Part shown: positions 9,150 to 15,933 of the stretch, one piece after another
How the letters are laid out: each line of letters begins with the position of its first letter
Position numbering within the stretch: position 1 is the first letter of the stretch
Source of the DNA: an uncultured Clostridia bacterium
GTDB taxonomy: Bacteria > Bacillota_I > Bacilli_A > RF39 > UBA660
Length of the DNA: 32,000 nucleotides
Direction of reading: 5' to 3'
Assembly: GCA_948433435.1 (NCBI GenBank)
Contig: CAOJDX010000014.1
Location: 6,556 to 38,555 of the forward strand
The notes under the pieces: model-generated
Databases searched by the model: none
Told to the model about the DNA's origin: nothing
The model's input: the letters and a program-made list of their open reading frames with translations, nothing else
Program-made: the position numbers and the translations under genes

Positions 9150-9167
9150 ACTTACTATGTAGTAAGT
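9150..9167. promoter_or_regulatory. Palindromic operator candidate (ACTTACTA TG TAGTAAGT)
   Basis: A perfect 8-bp inverted repeat at 9150-9167, plus a third identical half-site ACTTACTA at 9110-9117. TATAAT at 9177-9182 lies just downstream. The site sits between the divergent XRE gene and the rightward genes. Confidence 0.5.
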
Positions 9168-9258
9168 TATATAAATTATAATGGAATAAAAAAGGGAAAA
9201 ATGTTGAGTTTTGTGCTAAAACAAAAAGGTAGATATTTTAAAAGATAAGGAGCTAGAT

Positions 9259-9747
9259 ATGAACAAAAAAAATACAAATGAATATGTAAAAAAAATATCT
9301 GAAGTTTTAGATGACAAAATTAAAACTATTACCTCAATTCAATATTATTATGATTTAGAAAAAATTACATCATCTTTAAATAATTTATCAGATGCTGATG
9401 CAGAAAATGTTTTAGAACAAATAATTAATGATAAATTAGAAGAAATTAAGAAAAGCGGTAAAGCAGAGAAATTTAGAGAAAACAATAGATTAGTAGATGA
9501 TGTAACTGAATTTTTCTATGACAATAATGAAAAAGATGGTGCTATTGTTGAAGAAGGAAGTTGCGTAGCATCAGATTTGATTTTAAAAACAATAGGAATA
9601 AATGGCAGAAAAATTGAACTGCCAGTAAATATTTCATATATAAAGGAATATTGTATAAGTAATATTATTGAGGAAAAAAGTATAAGAAAAACATTGTTAT
9701 GGATAGTTTTAGAACTATCAGTTGTAAGTTATTTTTTAAATAATTAA
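9259..9747 (+). CDS. Hypothetical protein with a C-terminal hydrophobic segment
   Basis: AAGGAG RBS 7 nt upstream of the ATG. 162 aa, helical and charged, ending TLLWIVLELSVVSYFL. No family recognised. Confidence 0.6.
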   Translation: MNKKNTNEYVKKISEVLDDKIKTITSIQYYYDLEKITSSLNNLSDADAENVLEQIINDKLEEIKKSGKAEKFRENNRLVDDVTEFFYDNNEKDGAIVEEGSCVASDLILKTIGINGRKIELPVNISYIKEYCISNIIEEKSIRKTLLWIVLELSVVSYFLNN

Positions 9748-9872
9748 AAATGACTTCTATAAGTAGTAGTAATTAGCAGTACCTAAATCTACCTTTTTAA
9801 GACACTTCTAATTCTATGGGAGTGTTTTGTATTGTAATTAAGTTAAATATATATAAATAAGGTCGTGATATT

Positions 9873-10454
9873 ATGTTACAAGTTAGTAGAGCAAATAATT
9901 TGAAAATTCCTAAAACATTAGAAAATGTAAGTGGCAATTTAAATAGTTTAGAAGATAAAGTTGCAGTAAAACAAGCACTTGCAACTGCTGATGATAAAAG
10001 ATTTAATAAAAAGAAAGTTATAGAGTCAATTGAAAAAGATAAAGAATTAGAACAAATTAATAAAATACCAACAAATGCAAATGATTTAATGGTTATAACA
10101 GTTGTAAAAAAATTAGGTGCTTATATTATTGCAATTACTGAAAAATCTCCTTCTAAATTTAGAGGTGTATTTGTTAATCGTATGCAAAATTTAAGTTTAG
10201 CAACATTAGAAATACTGCTGAATGCTAATTTTATTAGAATTGATAGTGAAGATCATAAAAAAGAAAGAGAAGAATATCAGAAAGATGCAATAATAAAACT
10301 TAAAATGTTGGGCTATATTTCTATGATAGCTGAAAATTCTAACTGTATATTAATGCGACAATATAAACAAATATCATTGCAAATAGGGGAAGCAATAAAT
10401 CTTATTGCAGCTTGGAAAAAAAGTGATGATGAAAGATGGAGAAAAAGAAATTAA
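9873..10454 (+). CDS. avd: DGR accessory variability determinant (Avd-like four-helix-bundle protein)
   Basis: The C-terminal ~120 aa (KKLGAYIIAITEKSPSKFRGVFVNRMQNLSLATLEILLNANFI...IIKLKMLGYISMIAENSNCILMRQYKQISLQIGEAINLIAAWKK) fit the Avd / 23S-rRNA-IVS four-helix-bundle pattern with a basic tail. It lies immediately upstream of TR and RT. The ~70-aa N-terminal extension makes the true start uncertain. Confidence 0.75.
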   Translation: MLQVSRANNLKIPKTLENVSGNLNSLEDKVAVKQALATADDKRFNKKKVIESIEKDKELEQINKIPTNANDLMVITVVKKLGAYIIAITEKSPSKFRGVFVNRMQNLSLATLEILLNANFIRIDSEDHKKEREEYQKDAIIKLKMLGYISMIAENSNCILMRQYKQISLQIGEAINLIAAWKKSDDERWRKRN

Positions 10455-10527
10455 ATTATGGATTTTAAACTGAAAGGTTTTTAATTAAGTGGAGGGTTTA
10501 TTTAACCATTTTACTCGTAGCTGTCGG

Positions 10528-10627
10528 CTTCTGATGGCGATGGGGATGTTCGCGGCGTAAATAAAGATGGTTCTAGGTATAACAAATATAGATATAAACG
10601 CAATGGCGCCGTCCGCCCAGATTTGCT
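10528..10627 (+). repeat. DGR template repeat (TR)
   Basis: A 100-nt ungapped match to 12162-12261 (constant offset 1634) with 89/100 identity. It is non-coding here (in-frame TAG at 10518-10520). The 3' end carries the GC-rich block GGCGCCGTCCGCCC. Confidence 0.9.
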
Positions 10628-10839
10628 TTTGAAGAGATTTAATTTTAAGTCTAGAAAACAGGTCAGAGAAATATATTTTATGTAAAATATATCAGAACTT
10701 TAAAGCAAAGGAATCTTCCACTTTTCTAACCGCTATAAAAAGTGCGGTGGATAAATTATAAGCACTCACACAAACAACGATAATTGGTTATCTTTGCAAG
10801 TTATAAGGGGTGCTTTTTATTATTATTTTGGAGGCAATT
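10628..10839 (+). ncRNA. DGR spacer region of the TR-containing RNA (between TR and RT start)
   Basis: A non-coding 212 nt in the position of the DGR Sp RNA. It contains hairpin ATATATTTTA/TAAAATATAT (10671-10692) and GC patches CCA..CCGC / GCGGTGG (10718-10750) that are unusual for this AT-rich DNA. Extent and structure are not verified. Confidence 0.45.
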
Positions 10840-11859
10840 ATGAAACTAGAAGATATATTCACATTTAAAAATATTTATGAGGCACATAAAAAATGTAGAA
10901 AATCAAAGCAACATAAGGGAGAGGTAATAAGATTTGAGGTTAATTTGTCTGAAAATATATATAAGCTAATTAATGAGATAATAACGAAAAAATACAAAGT
11001 TGGTAAATATAAGCAATTTATTATTTATGAACCTAAGAAGAGATTAATAGAAGCTTTGCCATATAAGGATAGAGTATTACTTATGTGTTTTTGTGAACAT
11101 TCATTAATACCAAAAATTGATAAAAGATTAATATATGATAATGTTGCATGTAGAAAAGGTAAAGGAACATTATTTGGTATGAATAGATTAGAGAAATTTT
11201 TAAAAAAAGAATTTTTTAAAGAGAATAACAATAGAGTATACTATTTGAAATGTGATATAAGAAAATATTTTCCAAGTGTAAATCACAATATTTTATTAGA
11301 AAAATTACGAAAATTAGATTTTAGTGAAGATGAAATGTGGTTTTTAGAAAAAATAATAAAGGAGCAACCTAATAATATTGATAGGGGATTACCATTAGGT
11401 AATCAATCAAGTCAATGGTTTGCATTATTCTTTTTGGATAGAATTGACAGGTTAGTAAAAGAAGAATTAAGAATTAAATGTTATATTAGATATATGGATG
11501 ATTTTATATTGATACATCGAGATAAAAAATATCTGCAATATTGCTTAAAAAGAATAAATGAAGTTTGCAATAAAGAACTAGATCTTGAATTAAATCAAAA
11601 AACACAAATAGGAATAGCATCTAATGGAATAGATTTTTTAGGTTTTAGACATACTTTATCAAATAGTGGTAAAGTTATAAGAAAGCTGAGATTATCTTCT
11701 AAAAAGAGGTTAAGAAGGCATTTAAAAACGTTATCAAAACTTCATTCAAAAGGGATTATTGATAAAGAATACGTGGATATTAGAAAAAATGCTTTTTATG
11801 CCCATATTTTATATTCTGATGAAAAATTTTTTCAAAAGATGTGCTTAATTGATAAATAA
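10840..11859 (+). CDS. DGR-type reverse transcriptase
   Basis: YMDD catalytic box (IRYMDDFILIH), motif 4 LPLGNQSSQWFA (the GxxxSQ signature typical of DGR RTs), and EPKKRLIEALPYKDRV and CDIRKYFPSVNH motifs. It is compact, with no maturase or endonuclease domains. Start set at ATG 10840, 5 nt after GGAGG, rather than the track's GTG 10810. Confidence 0.9.
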   Translation: MKLEDIFTFKNIYEAHKKCRKSKQHKGEVIRFEVNLSENIYKLINEIITKKYKVGKYKQFIIYEPKKRLIEALPYKDRVLLMCFCEHSLIPKIDKRLIYDNVACRKGKGTLFGMNRLEKFLKKEFFKENNNRVYYLKCDIRKYFPSVNHNILLEKLRKLDFSEDEMWFLEKIIKEQPNNIDRGLPLGNQSSQWFALFFLDRIDRLVKEELRIKCYIRYMDDFILIHRDKKYLQYCLKRINEVCNKELDLELNQKTQIGIASNGIDFLGFRHTLSNSGKVIRKLRLSSKKRLRRHLKTLSKLHSKGIIDKEYVDIRKNAFYAHILYSDEKFFQKMCLIDK

Positions 11860-11947
11860 TGTTAATTTACAAAAATAAATTTGTAAAATTAACAAAAAAA
11901 GTGAAGAAATGTAGGGAAAATATGATAAAATGATAATGGTGGTTTAA

Positions 11948-13876
11948 ATGAATTTCGATAAGGAATTAACTTTACTTTCTGAACAAGAAGTTTGGGGAGT
12001 TAATGGTGGCAGACAATTAGATGTTTTAGAAAAATATGGAACTAGATCTGCTATTACTGATTTAGTAATATTAACAGGTGGATATTGTGAGGATAGTTGT
12101 TCTTACATGGCACCAGATGATAATAGTTTAAAAGGAAGAACAGGATGGGTTTATACTAGATCTTCTGATGGCTATGGTGATGTTCGCGGCGTCTATGAAG
12201 ATGGTTCTAGGTCTGACGACTATAGCTATAAACGCAATGGCGCCGTCCGCCCAGCTTTGCTATCATCTTTCATTTTCTCTCAAATCTCCCCGAACAGAGT
12301 GAGGGGATACAATGGAACAGAAGAGGTTGAATATGGAGAATATCCTCAATATGCACCTGATTCAGATGTTCAAAGAAGATTAGAAAATGAATATCAAAGA
12401 GGGAACCTAAGACAAACAGGTAGAGACTACACTTTTGATAAAACAGAATATGATGATTACTCACAATATTTTCAACCAGTAACATACGAAGAATATGATT
12501 ATAATGGAAAAAAATACATTCGTATTAGAGCTAATTCTGATTATGGGAGTAATAGCTTTAAATTATCAAATGGAGAATCATACAGAAATGGAGATTACGT
12601 TTGGGTAGAAGTATCACCTGTAAAATGGTTAGTTGATGACAAAACTCAAACTTTAGTATCTAAAAGAGGACTATTAGCAGGAATAAGATTTCATACTGAT
12701 GATAAAAGTTATAATGGTGATTTTTCAACAACTGATATGAAAGAATATCTTGACAAACATATGCTAAGGGATTTAACTCAAACTGCAACCTTCACTCGTG
12801 TTGAAGATATGACACCAGAAGAAAAGAAAGAATATGAAGAAGAACAAAAAAGAGCTGAGAAAAGAAGAAATCCTTATGGACTAAATTTTGGACAAGTAAG
12901 TGAAGAAGAAATCATTAAAGGGGCAATAGAAAGCGGTGTAGCAGTATTTTTGCATGGTCAATCTAGTGAAGGTAAGAGTGCAAGGGTAAAACAAATAGAT
13001 CCAACTTGTGAAATAATTTATCTTCGTAATGCAACACCAGAAAGTTTGAATGGTAAAAGTGTTTACAATCAAGCAACAGGAGAAATGATGGATGTTCCTC
13101 CAACTTGGCTAAAAAAATTACAAGAAAAATGTGAAAAAGAACCAGATAGATACCATATTGTATTTTTAGATGAAATAACAAATGCTCTTCCTAGTATTCA
13201 AGGTATTGCATTTAATATAGTTTTAGATAGGGAAGTTAATGGTATTTGGAAATTACCAGATAATGCTAGAATTGTTGCGGCAGGAAATGATATGAAAGAT
13301 TCACTAGCTGCAAATCAATTAGCAGAGCCATTATTTAATAGATTTGCTCATGTATACATAAAAACAACAACTGAAAGTTGGTTAAAATGGGCAAGTGAAA
13401 ATAATATACATCCTGCTATCTATTCTTATATTGCTTATAAGAAAGGCGAAACACTAAGAAGTAAGTATGATGGTGAAAAACCTAATGCAGATCCAAGAAA
13501 GTGGGAAATGGCTTCTAAAATGCTATATGCAACAGGTAGTCCAGAAATGTTAAGAGCATTAGTTGGTGAAGATATAACAAGAGAATTTGTACAATTCTGT
13601 AATCAACAAGTTATTACATTAGATGATGTTATTAATGGAACTTATACTGATAAAGACATACAAGCATTAAACACTGCAGAAAGATATGCTACAACTATGG
13701 GATTATCACAAGTAGATGAAGATAATCTTGAAAAAGTAAGAGGTTTTGTAACAGATTTAGGTGCAGAATTTGGAGCAATTTTTGATGCTTTATGGACACA
13801 TGGCGATGAGGAAAGATTAGAAAGAATTGCGGAAGCAAAGCTTGCTGATATGCCAAGAGGAGGTATAAGAAGATAA
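11948..13876 (+). CDS. DGR target protein: N-terminal variable (CLec-like) domain fused to a MoxR/AAA_5-type ATPase
   Basis: Contains the VR at aa 72-105 (...GWVYTRSSDGYGDVRGVYEDGSRSDDYSYKRNGAVRPALL). No signal peptide or TM segment. Walker A G337QSSEGKS344, Walker B HIVFLD408E409IT, then NARIVAAGN and PLFNRFAHVYI, typical of MoxR/CbbQ-type AAA+ proteins. Confidence 0.85.
   Translation: MNFDKELTLLSEQEVWGVNGGRQLDVLEKYGTRSAITDLVILTGGYCEDSCSYMAPDDNSLKGRTGWVYTRSSDGYGDVRGVYEDGSRSDDYSYKRNGAVRPALLSSFIFSQISPNRVRGYNGTEEVEYGEYPQYAPDSDVQRRLENEYQRGNLRQTGRDYTFDKTEYDDYSQYFQPVTYEEYDYNGKKYIRIRANSDYGSNSFKLSNGESYRNGDYVWVEVSPVKWLVDDKTQTLVSKRGLLAGIRFHTDDKSYNGDFSTTDMKEYLDKHMLRDLTQTATFTRVEDMTPEEKKEYEEEQKRAEKRRNPYGLNFGQVSEEEIIKGAIESGVAVFLHGQSSEGKSARVKQIDPTCEIIYLRNATPESLNGKSVYNQATGEMMDVPPTWLKKLQEKCEKEPDRYHIVFLDEITNALPSIQGIAFNIVLDREVNGIWKLPDNARIVAAGNDMKDSLAANQLAEPLFNRFAHVYIKTTTESWLKWASENNIHPAIYSYIAYKKGETLRSKYDGEKPNADPRKWEMASKMLYATGSPEMLRALVGEDITREFVQFCNQQVITLDDVINGTYTDKDIQALNTAERYATTMGLSQVDEDNLEKVRGFVTDLGAEFGAIFDALWTHGDEERLERIAEAKLADMPRGGIRR
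12162..12261 (+). repeat. DGR variable repeat (VR)
   Basis: Counterpart of TR. Of 11 differences, 9 lie opposite TR adenines (TR 10559, 10560, 10563, 10579, 10581, 10584, 10586, 10592, 10621). The GC-rich 3' block is conserved exactly. Confidence 0.9.
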
Positions 13877-14268
13877 TGGAAAAAAGACAAGAATTATTAA
13901 TGTCATATATAAGAGCGAATGTTGCACCTATATTAGTTGATTTTATCTCTGGTAAAGATGTTAAGGGTGCAGTTGTAATACCTGCTAATATTGATAATAA
14001 AGAATTAAATGGTCATTATGATGGAATAGATTTTATGCCACCTAAATGGCTTAGTGAAATAACTCAAACTAATGAAAGTAAGTTCTTAATAATAGATAAG
14101 ATTGATACTATTTCAAAAGAAGACCAATTAAAGTTTTGTGAACTATTAGAACATAGAAAAATATCAACTTTTGAATTACCAAAGAGTTGCGTCATTATTG
14201 TAACTGCTAACGAAATTAATAAGGATAAAATAAACGAAGAAATATACTCATTAGTTGCACAAATATGA
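13876..14268 (+). CDS. Truncated AAA+ core paralogue lacking Walker A
   Basis: The start overlaps the upstream stop (TAATG at 13874-13878). MPPKWLSEI...KFLIIDKIDT...CELLEHRKISTFELPKSCVIIVTAN parallels PPTWLKKL...HIVFLDEITN...NIVLDREVNGIWKLPDNARIVAAGN of the preceding ATPase. No P-loop is present. Confidence 0.7.
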   Translation: MEKRQELLMSYIRANVAPILVDFISGKDVKGAVVIPANIDNKELNGHYDGIDFMPPKWLSEITQTNESKFLIIDKIDTISKEDQLKFCELLEHRKISTFELPKSCVIIVTANEINKDKINEEIYSLVAQI

Positions 14269-14278
14269 GGTATAAATT

Positions 14279-15898
14279 ATGAAATACGATATAGAAGCTT
14301 TAAAGAGAAAAATGCTTGTTAAATATCCTTTTTTTGGTAGTGTAGTAGCAAGTATTGATTATAAAGAAAATCTAGGAATACCAACTGCAGGTACTGATGG
14401 AAAAACAATATATTATAATCCTGAGTATTTAGATGGATTGGGGCGCGATGAACAAACATTTATATTTGCTCATGAAGTATGTCATATTGCATTTAATCAT
14501 ATATTAAGGAGCGAAGGTAAAAATCCAGAGTTATGGAACATTGCGACTGATGGAGTAATCAATCAATTTTTAAAAAAGGATGGTTTAAAATTAGCTCCGG
14601 GTGGAGTTGATATGGAAGAAGCAATCAATTATGATGCTGAGCAATTATATGAAAAATTATTGCAAGAAAAACAGCAAAGACAACAACAAAATCAAAATGG
14701 ACAAGAAAATAGTCAAAATCAAGATCAAAAACAAAATCAAAGTGATTCTAGTAGCGGAGAATCTAGTCAAGAACAGACTCAAAAAGGAGATTCTGAGAAT
14801 CAAAGTCAATCTGGAAGTCAAGAGCAAGAAAATAACCAAAATGAACAACAAAGTTCTAGTGAAAGCCAAGGCGATAGTGATGAACAGCAAAGTGATTCTA
14901 AAAATCAAAGTAGTTCTGGAAGTAATAGTTCTCAAAATCAAGAACAAAATGTGCAACAGGATCAACAAAGTGGTGGAGGTAGTTCAGATTCTGAGCAACA
15001 AGAAGAACAAGATTCTTCAAAAAGAGATGTGGGACATGATACTCATAGTTTATGGGAAAAGGCAGTAAAAAAGCATAAAGAAGAGCAAAGTAAATCCTCT
15101 GATAAAAAGGAAAGTTTATTAGATAAAATACTAAATAAGCAAAAAGATAAACAAGAGAAAACTAAAAGTGAACTTGAAAAGAAACAAGAAGAATTAGAAG
15201 AGATGGGGGAGAAAGATGCTTTTAAGAAAAATCGTGAAGATAAGAAAAAACAACTTGAAGAATTAAAGCAAGCAATAGCAAAACAAGCATCTACAGCAGG
15301 AACTTTAACCAATAGAGATATTAGAACAATTGAAGATATAGGAACTGCTAAACCACTCATTGATTGGAGATATGTTTTAAGGGAAGCAATCAAATATGAT
15401 GTTGATTGGTCATATAAAAATGCCTCTATAGAAGATGGAATCGTTGTAGCTAATTTGGAAGAACAACCTATGCCAGAAACAGAAATAGTATTAGATACAA
15501 GTGGTTCAATTAATGAAGTTTTATTAAAGAACTTTTTGAGAGAATGTAAAAATATATTACAACATTCCAGATTAAAAGTAGGATGTTTTGATACAGAGTT
15601 TTATGGATTTCATGAGATAAGAACAGAAGAAGATATTGAAAATATGACATTTGAAGGCGGTGGCGGCACTGATTTTGATGTTGCGGTCGGTGCTTTCTCT
15701 AGAAGAGTTGAAAATAAAATAATTTTTACTGATGGAGAAGCTTCCATGCCAGATATGCCAATTGATGCCATTTGGATTGTATTTGGTGGCGAAAAGATTA
15801 ATCCTAAAGGTGGTAAGGTAATTAATATTACTGCGGAACAATTAGATAGATTATATTCTTATGAAATTGTAAATGAGACTAAAGGTAGAGCAAGATAA
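14279..15898 (+). CDS. DUF2201-type protein: N-terminal zincin-like metallopeptidase domain, disordered linker, C-terminal VWA domain
   Basis: H65EVCH69 (HExxH) in a YPFFG...TDGKTIYYNPEY...FIFAHEVCHIAFNH context. Q/S/N/E-rich low complexity at about aa 128-238 and a K/E-rich stretch at about aa 250-335. VWA MIDAS-like D406TSGS, GGGTDF and FTDGE. GAGGT RBS precedes ATG 14279. Confidence 0.8.
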   Translation: MKYDIEALKRKMLVKYPFFGSVVASIDYKENLGIPTAGTDGKTIYYNPEYLDGLGRDEQTFIFAHEVCHIAFNHILRSEGKNPELWNIATDGVINQFLKKDGLKLAPGGVDMEEAINYDAEQLYEKLLQEKQQRQQQNQNGQENSQNQDQKQNQSDSSSGESSQEQTQKGDSENQSQSGSQEQENNQNEQQSSSESQGDSDEQQSDSKNQSSSGSNSSQNQEQNVQQDQQSGGGSSDSEQQEEQDSSKRDVGHDTHSLWEKAVKKHKEEQSKSSDKKESLLDKILNKQKDKQEKTKSELEKKQEELEEMGEKDAFKKNREDKKKQLEELKQAIAKQASTAGTLTNRDIRTIEDIGTAKPLIDWRYVLREAIKYDVDWSYKNASIEDGIVVANLEEQPMPETEIVLDTSGSINEVLLKNFLRECKNILQHSRLKVGCFDTEFYGFHEIRTEEDIENMTFEGGGGTDFDVAVGAFSRRVENKIIFTDGEASMPDMPIDAIWIVFGGEKINPKGGKVINITAEQLDRLYSYEIVNETKGRAR

Positions 15899-15933
15899 TG
15901 TTAAATTAACAAAAATTGTGAAATAAATAATTA

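Noticed and set aside
10810-10839. N-terminal extension of the RT ORF (track start GTG 10810, MLFIIILEAI).
   Set aside because: A strong GGAGG (10830-10834) sits 5 nt before ATG 10840, and the conserved RT N-terminus begins with MKLEDIF. The extension is hydrophobic read-through of the spacer region.
10840-11859. Alternative identities for the RT: retron, group II intron maturase, or Abi/DRT defence RT.
   Set aside because: An adjacent Avd-like gene and a TR/VR pair with adenine-restricted mismatches are diagnostic of a DGR. There is no intron domain V/VI RNA and no maturase X or endonuclease domain. No msr/msd-like inverted repeats flank the gene. Motif 4 carries the DGR-type GxxxSQ.
12283-12307. 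Hairpin downstream of the VR (TCCCC 12287-12291 / GGGGA 12303-12307) as the cruciform that enhances DGR homing.
   Set aside because: The stem is only 5 bp with an 11-nt loop and cannot be extended. This is too weak to call without comparative support.
14601-15393. Track ORFs 14601-15068 (+), 14657-14968 (-) and 15043-15393 (-) overlapping the VWA/zincin gene.
   Set aside because: They are alternative-frame translations of low-complexity CAA/AAG-rich DNA, giving K/I/L-rich nonsense. The 14279-15898 frame carries recognisable HExxH and MIDAS motifs on both sides.
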